A DNA stretch of 64,000 nt from positions 960,001 to 1,024,000 of the forward strand of contig OZ243961.1 in NCBI GenBank assembly GCA_965214605.1, given 5' to 3'. Source of the stretch: an uncultured Candidatus Binatia bacterium. GTDB lineage: Bacteria > Desulfobacterota > Binatia > Bin18. A program made the position numbers and the translations under genes. Position 1 is the stretch's first letter, and each line of letters starts with the position of its first letter. Positions 1 through 9,547 of the stretch are shown piece by piece. Below the pieces are notes generated by a model, which worked only from the letters and a program-made list of their open reading frames with translations, was not told the DNA's origin and did not search any database.

Positions 1-474
1 CAACAGGCCAAAGAACACACCGCCACGGCTGAATTATTGCTGCTGCTGCTCCACCTCAGCGATCGGGTGGCGGCGGCCACATTTCACAAAGCACTCCCGG
101 CCGCCCACGTCCAGACCGTACGTACGACGTTTATCTCGGCCGTAGTCGGGGCCGCCCTTCCGGCCTTCATCCAACTCGTCTGCGCCGAACAAGACTCGGC
201 CGAACAGGCCGAAACACAGGCCGACTTCGTCCACCTGTATAATGTCCGGGCGGTGCAGTACGGGCTGTTTGGACTCGAGGGCCAGGGAGCCGCCGACGAG
301 TACAGGGCCCTGATCAAGTTAGGCGCCATTCGGGTCTCAGAAGCCCTCGAATGTTTGGACAACGAGGCGATCCTCCGCCATAGCGTGGACGCGATCGTGC
401 TGAGCCGCCAGGCGCTCACCGCCGAAGTGCCGCTGCAACAAACAATTGCCCGGCTCCTCGTTGCAACACACTGA
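1..474 (+). CDS. hypothetical protein, 5'-truncated by window edge
   Basis: Frame open from position 1 to TGA at 472-474; protein-like composition; no family recognised. Confidence 0.6.
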   Translation, partial: QQAKEHTATAELLLLLLHLSDRVAAATFHKALPAAHVQTVRTTFISAVVGAALPAFIQLVCAEQDSAEQAETQADFVHLYNVRAVQYGLFGLEGQGAADEYRALIKLGAIRVSEALECLDNEAILRHSVDAIVLSRQALTAEVPLQQTIARLLVATH

Positions 475-478
475 AGAC

Positions 479-871
479 TTAGTCCCGTCCTCGCTGACGC
501 TCGACCAACAACCAGTGAGCCTGTCCAATACCGCGCAGACTACGATACTCCTCATCCGAGAAGGTCACGCCCGCCCGCCTGCGGACACCGTCAAGCGCCC
601 GGGCCAGACCTACCTCACACAACTCGAGCAGCAGGGGTAGGGCAACATTCAGGTCCTTGAGCGAGGCTTCGAGCAGAGCGTTGCGCGCCACCCCTAGAAT
701 GTGTTCCAGCTCTGACTCCGTCCCGGGCTCCCGCTGTGGCTGAGCCGCGAGATCGGGAGCCGGCCCGGTCTCGGTCTGGGTGAAGAAGGCAAAGTGGAGT
801 TGCTCGTTCGCTCCTGACTCAGGTCCGGGCGGGGCCTTTTTCGAGTGGTGTTGAGGATGGTTCGCTTTCAC
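479..871 (-). CDS. hypothetical protein (130 aa)
   Basis: GTG start overlaps holA stop (GTGA, 868-871), suggesting translational coupling; helical C-terminal half. Confidence 0.55.
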   Translation of the reverse strand: MKANHPQHHSKKAPPGPESGANEQLHFAFFTQTETGPAPDLAAQPQREPGTESELEHILGVARNALLEASLKDLNVALPLLLELCEVGLARALDGVRRRAGVTFSDEEYRSLRGIGQAHWLLVERQRGRD

Positions 872-1875
872 CTTGGCCGTGCACAGATGTCTAAAATAAG
901 GGCGTCAAACAGGACACCGGCCGGAGTCCGGGTCGACTTGAGCCGCCGATCAAGCGCGGCTGCCCGGTGCAGGACCCGGCGCAGGTCCGGGGTCGAGTAG
1001 AGGCGGCTCTGATTCCGCAGATTCCGCAGACGCGGCCCACGCAGGCCCAGCGTTCGCTCAATGTGAGCCTCTGGCAGCCCCTGGTGCTGCGCGTCGCGCA
1101 GCTGCCAGAGGCGACGAAAATGCCCCACCAAGGCGTGCAGGACCGGCACGGCGCGCCGCTCATCAGTCAAGACCTGGCGTATCAGCCCCAAGGCTTTTTT
1201 TCGATCGCGCAGGCCTAGCGCATTTGCTAACTCAAACGCGCTGTGTTGGTGCACCTCGCCGGTACACGTCGCCACTGCCTGGACATCGATGTCGGTGTTG
1301 GGAAAAACAAAGGTGGCCACCTTATCCAGCTCGGTGGACAACGCGAGCAGATCCGGACCGACCAAATCGGCCAGCAATTGTGCGGCCTCGTCACTCAGCC
1401 GCAGCCGCCGTTCACGGGCCAAACGCTGCGCCCAGCCCGACAGCTGGTTGGCAAAAGGCCGTCGAAATTCGGCGGTGAGGCCCGTTTTTGCACACCGCGA
1501 AAAAAATTTCCGGGTCAACTCTAGCCGACCGTGGGCACACACCACGAGGGGGTGGCTCGCATCCCGGAGTTCGGCTTCCTGGGCAAGTCGCCCGCGTTCT
1601 TTGTCTCCGAGTTGCTCGGCGCTGCGCAGGACCACCAGAGTCTGGGGAGCAAATAAGGACGGCGCGCCCCAGGCGTCCAAGACGGCCTCGACCGGGTCTT
1701 GGCCTGCGTAAAAGGTCTGGACTACCGTGTCCTTAGGCAGACGGCGGCGGACGTGATCAACCGCCCGATCAATCAGATACGACTCCTCACCATGAAACAG
1801 ATAGAGCGCGGCAACCGGCTCCTTGGTCAGGCGTGAGAAGATGTCTTCAGGACGGGGGAAACGATGGGCCGCCAT
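868..1875 (-). CDS. holA: DNA polymerase III subunit delta
   Basis: YLFHGEESYL N-terminal motif, SLFA, ELDKVATF, C-terminal DRRLKS; ATG 1875 chosen, TTG 1911 alternative. Confidence 0.9.
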   Translation of the reverse strand: MAAHRFPRPEDIFSRLTKEPVAALYLFHGEESYLIDRAVDHVRRRLPKDTVVQTFYAGQDPVEAVLDAWGAPSLFAPQTLVVLRSAEQLGDKERGRLAQEAELRDASHPLVVCAHGRLELTRKFFSRCAKTGLTAEFRRPFANQLSGWAQRLARERRLRLSDEAAQLLADLVGPDLLALSTELDKVATFVFPNTDIDVQAVATCTGEVHQHSAFELANALGLRDRKKALGLIRQVLTDERRAVPVLHALVGHFRRLWQLRDAQHQGLPEAHIERTLGLRGPRLRNLRNQSRLYSTPDLRRVLHRAAALDRRLKSTRTPAGVLFDALILDICARPR

Positions 1876-1929
1876 AGGAACATTCGTATCGGGCGGTGGT
1901 GGGAAAGACAAGGGCGGAGAGACATCTCC

Positions 1930-2598
1930 TCAAGCCGGGTGCGGCGGCAGGCGTTTAGTCCGACAGTCAATCAGCTGACTGTCGGTCATAATCCAATCGA
2001 TCCATTCGTCGTGCGGCCCACTGGGAATGCGTGCCAAGACTTGAAAGTCATAGGCCGCCGCGATCCGGAGGGCACCGGTCAACACGTGACCAAACGCCCG
2101 GTCATAGTAGCCTTTGCCGCGACCCAAGCGACGGCCCTCGACGTCGAAGCCTAGGCCGGGGGTGAGGACGACGGTATCCCCGTCCCGCCCGGGGGCGAAA
2201 CGCTCATTGCCGGGAGGGATGGGAATCCCAAACAGACCCTCAATAAGCTGATCGCTTGGATAGCGCCGAACAAACTCAAGAGAGATCCGGTCGGGGCTAA
2301 TACGCGGATAATACACGGCTTTGCGTTGAGCCACGGCCCACGACCAGAGCGCCTCGGTTTGGACCTCATTGTCGTCCGCAGCGTAGAGGACGATTGTCGT
2401 AGCAGTGTCAAACGACGCAAAAGTCCGAAGCCGCTCGCAAATAAGCCGGCTTTTTTCAGCCACGTCCCTCGACGTCAGCGCACGCCTGCGCTGACGGAGC
2501 AGGCGGCGGAGCCGTTTCTTGGTGTCGGCCAGAGCGCTGTGTTTAGCGCCGGACAGCGTCCTCGCCCTTCTCCGGCAGGGTGAACGTGGCCTCGCCAC
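1930..2598 (-). CDS. 5-formyltetrahydrofolate cyclo-ligase
   Basis: KKRLRR N-terminus, TPGLGFD..GRRLGRGKGYYDR signature; start codon uncertain. Confidence 0.9.
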   Translation of the reverse strand: MARPRSPCRRRARTLSGAKHSALADTKKRLRRLLRQRRRALTSRDVAEKSRLICERLRTFASFDTATTIVLYAADDNEVQTEALWSWAVAQRKAVYYPRISPDRISLEFVRRYPSDQLIEGLFGIPIPPGNERFAPGRDGDTVVLTPGLGFDVEGRRLGRGKGYYDRAFGHVLTGALRIAAAYDFQVLARIPSGPHDEWIDWIMTDSQLIDCRTKRLPPHPA

Positions 2599-3004
2599 TT
2601 AAAATCCGCTCACCGTTTTGATTGTCCTGCCAAATTTGACAATCGACCCGCGGCTCACCCTTCTCACTCCGGTAGGTCCGCGTTATGCTGCCTCTGCAGG
2701 TCAGCATATCATCGGGAAAAGCGTTCCCGGCAAAGCGGACCTTGGTCCGCCGGAGATCCCACGGGGCATGCAACCAGTCGGTCACAAAGCGGTACAAAAA
2801 GGTCTCGTTCAGCGGCCCTTGCTGAACCACATCGGGCAAGTCGCGCTCATGGGCATACACTCGGTCAAGGTGGAGCGGGTTGGCATCGCGTAGAATAAAC
2901 GCAATCGGAATATAGGCATGACGGTCCATCGGCCCATAGGTCACACTCGGGATGTCCATACCTTCAGTTACGTCTTCAAAATACACTTTTGGCCGATCGT
3001 CCAT
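2543..3004 (-). CDS. MaoC/PaaZ-type hot-dog dehydratase
   Basis: DANPLHLD..YA hydratase motif, VVQQG, RFAGNAFPDD. Confidence 0.85.
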   Translation of the reverse strand: MDDRPKVYFEDVTEGMDIPSVTYGPMDRHAYIPIAFILRDANPLHLDRVYAHERDLPDVVQQGPLNETFLYRFVTDWLHAPWDLRRTKVRFAGNAFPDDMLTCRGSITRTYRSEKGEPRVDCQIWQDNQNGERILSGEATFTLPEKGEDAVRR

Positions 3005-3016
3005 GTCCAGAGCTCC

Positions 3017-3475
3017 CTATTTAAAGACAAGATACGACTGTGCACCGCTGAATGCCGTTGCTCCGGATTCATCCGTAGCGGTAAACGACACCCAAATCAC
3101 GTCAAACGCGCGTTTGCCCTTTTTCTCGTACACGTCAGAGACCCGGCCCTGGACGGTAAAGGTCTCACCCACGTACAGCGGCCGCTGGTACTTCAGTTCC
3201 TGCTCGCCAAACATGGCGGTATCCTTTTTATAGTCCATGAAAAAATCTCTTTGCCAGTCGAACGAGCGCAGCATACTAATAACGGCCACATATGGTCCAA
3301 AAGACGGCGGAATCACCCAGCCCTCATAGCCGACCGCCCGCGAGTCCGCCTCGCTTTGGAAGGCCCGGTCGTCTTCACCGGCAACTGGCAGATAGTCCCG
3401 AATATCTTCTTCACGGATCGTGTAGCGTACCGGCGCAAAGACCTTTCCGATCAGCGTTTTCCGGTCAGGCGCCAT
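3017..3475 (-). CDS. MaoC N-terminal-type (FAS1-like) dehydratase subunit
   Basis: IPPSF, GEQELKYQRPLYVGE motifs; GGGAGG RBS before ATG 3475; paired with downstream MaoC. Confidence 0.8.
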   Translation of the reverse strand: MAPDRKTLIGKVFAPVRYTIREEDIRDYLPVAGEDDRAFQSEADSRAVGYEGWVIPPSFGPYVAVISMLRSFDWQRDFFMDYKKDTAMFGEQELKYQRPLYVGETFTVQGRVSDVYEKKGKRAFDVIWVSFTATDESGATAFSGAQSYLVFK

Positions 3476-3840
3476 AGGCGTAGTCCTCCCTTCGACCCCA
3501 ATGCGGCGTTCCATCAGCGTTCGTCCTTGGAGCGGATCCCTCCCCCTGGCACCACACCCCAATGAACGCCCGCAGTCTTCGATTCACAGGCCGGCCTTTT
3601 GGCGCAGTCCTAGCCTCGACCATGCCCGGCTTGCCTGAGTCCTGATCAGACCCGGCCGTCGGCCTCGTTCTTTTGGAAACTTTCCACGCAGCCCCTCTGC
3701 GACCACTGAGTCAACGGTCGAGGCGGTATTGTTCGTGGAGATGATGACGAGAGAAGACGTGACACAAGAGGTATGTTGTCGAGCCTCGCCATCCTTATGA
3801 GTGCCCACCCAGCTCGGTCTGATCTGCAGCTAGCGTCTGT

Positions 3841-3863
3841 CCTCTCCCACCGTGTGAGAGAGG
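3841..3863. repeat. small hairpin CCTCTCCCAC-CGT-GTGAGAGAGG
   Basis: 10-bp stem with one mismatch just 3' of the SnoaL gene; possible terminator or REP-like element. Confidence 0.4.
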
Positions 3864-3875
3864 GAGAAAACCTGT

Positions 3876-4274
3876 CTACTTGCCAAATGCCTCGGTCACC
3901 AGCTCGGTGTCCAAATACTCGGTCACCCGCTGCACTTTGCCATTGACGACCTGAAAGACCTGGCAGTAGGTGTTGTCGTACGGCTTCCCAGACTTCGTGG
4001 TCGATTTGCCCTTGGCCTGCATGGCCACAAAGTCGCCGTCGGCAATAAAGTTGCTCGGGGTGATGGCAATCCCGCTCTCAAGCTGGGCACCAAGGGGGCC
4101 GAGAAGCTTTTCGACCAACTCTTGTTTTCCACTGAATGTCCCTGACCATTTGGTTGAGCCAATAATGGTAAACTCGACATCATCAGCCATATTCCCCAGA
4201 AAGGCCTCGGGATTGCCCTTCGACAGCTCGGCAAACATGTCCTGGATGAGTTTTTTGTTCTCTACCGTGCCCAT
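3876..4274 (-). CDS. NTF2/SnoaL-like (ketosteroid isomerase-like) protein
   Basis: ENKKLIQ..F, FIADGDFVAM, YDNTYCQVF, VTEYLDT; AGGAGG RBS. Confidence 0.9.
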   Translation of the reverse strand: MGTVENKKLIQDMFAELSKGNPEAFLGNMADDVEFTIIGSTKWSGTFSGKQELVEKLLGPLGAQLESGIAITPSNFIADGDFVAMQAKGKSTTKSGKPYDNTYCQVFQVVNGKVQRVTEYLDTELVTEAFGK

Positions 4275-4359
4275 AATGTCTTCCTCCTGTATGGATTTTG
4301 TGTGAGCACCAGACTGATGCGACTCTAAGCTGTCTGGTCAGACAATGTCAAGCCGCCGC

Positions 4360-5640
4360 CTAGCGCTCCGGAAATCGCTCTTTGAGCCAGTCTGTAATGA
4401 TCTTGAGTGACGCGTCCCGACCACCCTCGTTGGGTTTCGACGGCAGGGGATAGCCAAAATGATCGGCCTCAACGTGATGCAGCTGCTTGTCGCTCGCAGC
4501 CGAGGCCTGATACATGGCGTCGGAATCGGCCGGGTAAATGGCATGGTCACCGCTATGGTTAATGACCAAGGTGGGAATGCTCACCTTACGGATATTGTCC
4601 AGCACCGCGGCGTTGGCCGACAGACCCGACCAATTGCTGAGCCATGCCCGGGGGGTTTGATATTTAGCAAAACCCGCCTCAGTATAGTTAAACAGATCCG
4701 GCCGGGGTGACCACAGTGAGCCATAGTCGCGTGACGAGGGCTGAATAGACGGATCGGTATACGTCAGATTGGCTTCGGTCCGGTGGATTGTCAGATAGCG
4801 GCCAACTAGCGCGTGGCGGCTGATAAAGGTGCGTGTGTCCAGCGTCAGGCTGTCAAAATCGTCCCGGCCCACGAGTCCCCGAAAATAGCGCTGTTCTTCG
4901 ATAAAGCCTCTGGCAATGGCGTCAATCCGCGCCACTCGGGCCGTCTGAGCGGCACGGTAGCGGTGGAGAAATTCCGGGCTATAGGAACTCGGTTGGGGCG
5001 GCTCACGAAAGCCGTTAGCCGGGTTGTACATATCTAGCTCGGGATCGCACGACAACGGGTCGTCTTCATCGGTCACCGACGGATCAATAGCCGTCTGCAT
5101 GAATTTTCCCTCGCCTAAGTGGGCAGCAAGAATAATCATGCCATCACCCGCTGGCAGTTCAAAGCGATTCAGATCGTAGGGATCGCCGGCTGGGGTCACC
5201 GTCAGTCGGCCGGGCGGCTGGGTCACCGCCTGAGCCTGATAGAAGGTGTACAGCGAACCACCACCGCTATTGCCGACGAACACGACATGCTGAAAGCCCC
5301 GTTCGTTTTTGAGATGCCTGATCCCGGCCGCAATATCCGGCAGCAGCATCTCATGCAAGCAGGCAATATCGTTATTGGGCCAGCGTCCCTCTTGACCAAA
5401 CGCGGCATAGCCCGCCTCAAGCAAATATGGAATCGCATAGTGGCGGCTCATATCGGCCCGCGGGTGCATCAGACACACCACCGTTTTTTCCCCGCCCCGC
5501 GTGTACAACACCCCTTTTGATTCACCTCGGTCAGCGGCTTTGAGCGGCACTACTTCGGCATTTACCCCTGAAGGCAGTGCGTCAAATGAAATGAGACTCA
5601 TCCCCATTGCCGCGTAGCGTGGAATCCGTGCCTGTGACAT
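4360..5640 (-). CDS. alpha/beta-hydrolase fold protein
   Basis: GNSGG nucleophile elbow, C-terminal GD and ADH acid/His motifs; AGGAGG RBS before ATG 5640. Confidence 0.8.
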   Translation of the reverse strand: MSQARIPRYAAMGMSLISFDALPSGVNAEVVPLKAADRGESKGVLYTRGGEKTVVCLMHPRADMSRHYAIPYLLEAGYAAFGQEGRWPNNDIACLHEMLLPDIAAGIRHLKNERGFQHVVFVGNSGGGSLYTFYQAQAVTQPPGRLTVTPAGDPYDLNRFELPAGDGMIILAAHLGEGKFMQTAIDPSVTDEDDPLSCDPELDMYNPANGFREPPQPSSYSPEFLHRYRAAQTARVARIDAIARGFIEEQRYFRGLVGRDDFDSLTLDTRTFISRHALVGRYLTIHRTEANLTYTDPSIQPSSRDYGSLWSPRPDLFNYTEAGFAKYQTPRAWLSNWSGLSANAAVLDNIRKVSIPTLVINHSGDHAIYPADSDAMYQASAASDKQLHHVEADHFGYPLPSKPNEGGRDASLKIITDWLKERFPER

Positions 5641-5776
5641 AGCGTCCTCCTGTGTTCGTACTGCTGTGTATCTGGAGCGGCGGGCAAGAACTGCTCCCCT
5701 CCTCTCTTGCACAGGGTACACCCAACGCAGTATACAGGAGAAAGACTCATCGCACAGCAGAAGAGAGAGACCTCCC

Positions 5777-6610
5777 ATGCCCTCACGCGCTCGAGAACGT
5801 TTCACCGAACTTGTTTCCGGTTCGGAAGAAGACCTGAACCTGGCCGAAGCGGCTTTGCTGATTGCCCAAGAGGAGCAGCCCGAGCTTGATGTCGCGGCCT
5901 ATCTCGGCCGTTTGGACGCGCTGGCCGCCAGCGTCCGCTCCCGTTTGTCCGAAGCCCCGAGCTTTGCCGACATCATCCAAGCCCTAAACACGATTCTGTT
6001 TCAGGAAGAGGGTCTCGCCGGCAATCAGACCGACTATCACGATCCCCGCAACAGTTTTCTCAACGAAGTCCTCGACCGCAAGCTCGGCATTCCGATCACC
6101 CTCTCACTGGTGTACATCGAGGTTGGCACCCGTCTTGGCGTGCCGCTCGTTGGGGTCGGCTTTCCCGGTCACTTTGTGGTCAAATACGAGGGACCGGAGG
6201 GCGAAACCATCCTCGATCCCTTCCAGGGCGGCAGCACGGTCAGCCAGGAACAAATGGAAGACAAACTGCGGAGCATGTACGGTCCCCAAAACCCGTTCAT
6301 TGGCCAGCTGCCCAGGCTCCTCGCCCCGGTCGGTAAAAAAGACATTCTGCTGCGCATGTTGCGCAACCTGAAACAGATCTACACCCAGAAAGAAGACTTC
6401 GAGCGGGCCCTAAGCGTCATGGAACGCATCCTGTTGTTGGCTCCCGACCATCCGGTCGAGGTCCGTGACCGGGGCGCCATCCACCACCGCATGGGTCGCC
6501 AGCAATTAGCGGTGCGCGACTTTCAGCGCTACCTACAGCTGGCGCCAAAAGCCGACGATGCCAAGGCGGTGCGGGCCATCATGGTCCGAACCATGGCGCA
6601 GCTCAATTAG
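5777..6610 (+). CDS. SirB1-family transglutaminase-like/TPR protein
   Basis: YHDPRNSFLNEVLDRKLGIPITLS, GVGFPGHF, RMLRNLK, RDRG motifs. Confidence 0.9.
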   Translation: MPSRARERFTELVSGSEEDLNLAEAALLIAQEEQPELDVAAYLGRLDALAASVRSRLSEAPSFADIIQALNTILFQEEGLAGNQTDYHDPRNSFLNEVLDRKLGIPITLSLVYIEVGTRLGVPLVGVGFPGHFVVKYEGPEGETILDPFQGGSTVSQEQMEDKLRSMYGPQNPFIGQLPRLLAPVGKKDILLRMLRNLKQIYTQKEDFERALSVMERILLLAPDHPVEVRDRGAIHHRMGRQQLAVRDFQRYLQLAPKADDAKAVRAIMVRTMAQLN

Positions 6611-6613
6611 GCC

Positions 6614-7045
6614 ATGGTCGGCGCCGCGACTCGTGTCTCTGTCGGGGTCCTAACCCGTGGCTCACAAATATTGATCTGCCAACGGAGAGCCGACGCTCAA
6701 CATGGGCTCAAATGGGAATTTCCCGGTGGCAAAGCCAAGGCCGACGAAAATGCCGCGGCCTGTCTGCGACGCGAGCTGCAAGAAGAACTCGGCATTACCG
6801 CCACAATAGGCGCCCTGATGCTGCGCAAACAGCACACCTATCCTCATGGACGCCGCGTCGCCCTGACCTTTTTTCATGTGCCCTCATACACCGGGGTCGC
6901 CCGTAACAGGGTCTTCGAAGCCATAGCCTGGGTCGCACCGCACCAGCTCCCTCGCTACGACTTTCTGGCCGGCGATCGGGATTTTATCACCGCCCTGGCC
7001 GGGGGGGCCTGGCAAGAGCTATTGACTCAGACCAGACGGGGTTGA
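6614..7045 (+). CDS. MutT/NudG-like NUDIX hydrolase
   Basis: WEFPGGK...RRELQEELG Nudix box, FLAGD C-terminal motif. Confidence 0.9.
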   Translation: MVGAATRVSVGVLTRGSQILICQRRADAQHGLKWEFPGGKAKADENAAACLRRELQEELGITATIGALMLRKQHTYPHGRRVALTFFHVPSYTGVARNRVFEAIAWVAPHQLPRYDFLAGDRDFITALAGGAWQELLTQTRRG

Positions 7046-7427
7046 TAAGCGCCCGCTTGTCCGCCGCGTCCCCATCTTCCGCGCCCGCAACACCAGCGGC
7101 CCGAGGCGGCCCAGAATCGCATTGCTCTCTGTCGTCAGCTCCGGAACGGCGCGCACACGAGCCGCCAGATGTCCTCGCTTGAGGCATTGGCTGTCACGAC
7201 TTCATCGGTACCGGTTCCGAGAGTGGGGAAGAGCGCAGCGTCACCGCAACGACAAACGGGCCACCGGCCATTGTCCGGATTGTCGCTTCTCACGAGGCGG
7301 TTACGCCGACAAGTTCGAGCGCTCTTCAGCCCAACTATGAGTTCTTCCTTCCGCTTTGCTTGGAGAGACACAGGGAGTCCCCGGCCCCACCCTTGCAACC
7401 GCTTCATAACTAGACGACAATTTTCAC

Positions 7428-8498
7428 GTGAATCGACAACAGCTGTTTGCCACGTTTTTCTTTGCCGCCTTTGTCTTTCTCCTGTTTCAGCTGTACGCCC
7501 TGTTTGCAATTTTCTTGGTCCCGCTCGTTTGGACGGTTATTCTGGTCCTGACCTTTTATCCCCTGTACAGCCTGGTTTTACGTTTGTGTCCGGGCCAACA
7601 AACGATGGCGGCGTTAAGCATGACACTCCTTGTGGTCATGCTGGTTGCGGCTCCGGTTGTGTTGTTTTCCGGCGTGCTGGCCCAAGAGGTCGCCGAGTTT
7701 TACCGCCAGGTCCGCCACGTCGTCCAGTCGGGCGAGTTGCAACACATGCTGTCGAGCTGGCAAGACACATATATGGGACGCCTGTGGCAAAGCTGGGGCC
7801 CACAGGTCGACGCCTTTGATATAGACCTGCCGGGACTGGCACTGGCGGGCGCCAATGCCTTGAGTCAGTATATTTTGGAACAGCTGAGAAACGCTGCCCA
7901 AAACGTGTTCCGCTTTATTTTCGGCTTTGTGGTGATGAGTTTTAGTCTGTTTTTTTTGTTCCGGGACGGCGAGGAGTTGTACTACACCATCAGCGACCTG
8001 CTGCCGATGGAGCCAGGCCATAAGGAGGTGATTTTCACCCGACTCTACGACACCGTATCAGCGGTAGTCCAAGGCATGGTCGCCACCGCCGCGGCCCAGG
8101 GCGTGCTGGCCGGGATTGGGTTTTGGGCGGTAGGTCTGTCGTTTAGCTTTTTTCTGGCCTGTTTATCGGCCTTTTTTGCCATGCTGCCAATAGGCGGGGC
8201 CGCCGCGGTGTGGTTGCCCTGTGTGGCCTATCTGGCTATCTCCGGCCTGTGGGGCCAGGCGGTCGGCCTGCTGCTGTATGGCACTTTCGTGATCAGCATG
8301 GTTGATAATTTCCTAAAGCCCCTCATCATCGGTGGGCGGGCCAAGCTGCCGACCGTGTTTTTATTCTTTGGGATTCTGGGCGGGCTCCAGGCGTATGGAT
8401 TTTTGGGGGTTTTCCTCGGGCCGGTCGTCCTTGGAACGATTATGGCGTTTGTCAAAATCTACAGACAAGAGTACGCCCAGCAGCCGGCTAGACCTTAA
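7428..8498 (+). CDS. AI-2E family transporter
   Basis: Multi-TM; FFLFRDG, DNFLKPLIIG, GGLQAYGFLGVFLGP motifs. Confidence 0.9.
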   Translation: MNRQQLFATFFFAAFVFLLFQLYALFAIFLVPLVWTVILVLTFYPLYSLVLRLCPGQQTMAALSMTLLVVMLVAAPVVLFSGVLAQEVAEFYRQVRHVVQSGELQHMLSSWQDTYMGRLWQSWGPQVDAFDIDLPGLALAGANALSQYILEQLRNAAQNVFRFIFGFVVMSFSLFFLFRDGEELYYTISDLLPMEPGHKEVIFTRLYDTVSAVVQGMVATAAAQGVLAGIGFWAVGLSFSFFLACLSAFFAMLPIGGAAAVWLPCVAYLAISGLWGQAVGLLLYGTFVISMVDNFLKPLIIGGRAKLPTVFLFFGILGGLQAYGFLGVFLGPVVLGTIMAFVKIYRQEYAQQPARP

Positions 8499-9534
8499 AC
8501 CGAAAGTGCACGACGTCCCCGTCGCGCACCACATAGTCCTTGCCTTCAAGGCGCATCTTGCCAGCCTCCCGACAGCCCATCTCGCCCTGGTGGGCAATAT
8601 AGTCGTCATAGGTGATGACCTCGGCCCGAATGAAGCCGCGTTCAATGTCTGAATGAATCTTCCCCGCCGCCCTGACCGCAGTCGTCCCCTGCGTGACGGT
8701 CCAAGCGTGGGCTTCGGGTGGTCCGACGGTGAAAAAGCTCATCAGATTGAGCGCGTCATAGGCAGACCGGATAAAGCGGTCGCGGGCCGACTGCTCAAGC
8801 CCGAGGTCGGCCAGAAACAGATCGCGCTCGTCTGCGTCAAGCTGCGCAATCTCCATCTCAAGCTTCCCGCAGATAGAAACGACGCACAGGCCGTTGTCTT
8901 CGGCATAGGCGGCAATATCCGCAGGGAGGGGGTCGTGCACCTCGTTCTCCTCGACATTATAGACTACTAACAGCGGCTTTTGGCTCAGCAAGGCAAAGCC
9001 GGCCAAGACAATCCGCTCTTCGGGCAGGAACGCCTCCCCGCGCAGCGGTTTTTCCTCTTCCAGAACGCGGTAGCACTTCTCTAACAGCGCCTGCTCGCGC
9101 TCCCTGCCCCTCTCTTTGCGCAGGCGTTCGAGCCGTTTCTCAATGACGCCCATATCGGCCAAAATCAGCTCAGCGTGAAAACCGCGCAAATCGCGCAGTG
9201 GGTCAGCCGGCGTGGTCGCCAGAGGATCGGTAAAGGCCCGCACAACCTGGGCCAAGGCGTCAAGCTCACGCATCTGGGTCAGCGAGCGCGTATCAAGCGC
9301 CGCTTTTCTTTCTGCCGAGGGCGGAAAATCGAGAAAGCCAACCTCGGCGTATTTTTTTTGATCTGGTTTCACGATGTCGGCCAGAGCATCAATCCGCGGA
9401 TCGGGGACTTTGACAACAGCGATAGCAGCCTCGGGTTTTGTATCAAAACCGCCAACATCGGCACTCAGCCCGGTGAGGGCGTTAAAAATGGTCGTTTTTC
9501 CACACCGGGCAAATCCAACAAGTCCGACTTTCAT
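8488..9534 (-). CDS. ychF: YchF/Obg-family ATPase with TGS (DUF933) domain
   Basis: P-loop GFARCGKTT, VPDPR, NVEE G4 variant, AAGKIHSDIERGFIRAEV, EGKDYVVRDGD. Confidence 0.88.
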   Translation of the reverse strand: MKVGLVGFARCGKTTIFNALTGLSADVGGFDTKPEAAIAVVKVPDPRIDALADIVKPDQKKYAEVGFLDFPPSAERKAALDTRSLTQMRELDALAQVVRAFTDPLATTPADPLRDLRGFHAELILADMGVIEKRLERLRKERGREREQALLEKCYRVLEEEKPLRGEAFLPEERIVLAGFALLSQKPLLVVYNVEENEVHDPLPADIAAYAEDNGLCVVSICGKLEMEIAQLDADERDLFLADLGLEQSARDRFIRSAYDALNLMSFFTVGPPEAHAWTVTQGTTAVRAAGKIHSDIERGFIRAEVITYDDYIAHQGEMGCREAGKMRLEGKDYVVRDGDVVHFRFKV

Positions 9535-9547
9535 GGTGCGGGAGGTC

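Noticed and set aside
2520-2620. 6S RNA, often found upstream of 5-formyl-THF cyclo-ligase
   Set aside because: The MaoC coding sequence directly occupies the upstream region; no room or structure for ssrS
3584-3808. 74-aa ORF, and similar short ORFs in 31275-31593 and 48664-49025
   Set aside because: No RBS, motif or family resemblance; likely decayed or intergenic DNA
7046-7427. ORFs 7135-7509(-), 7169-7819(+) and a possible CoA-transferase C-terminal remnant
   Set aside because: No coherent motif order or RBS; overlap real genes
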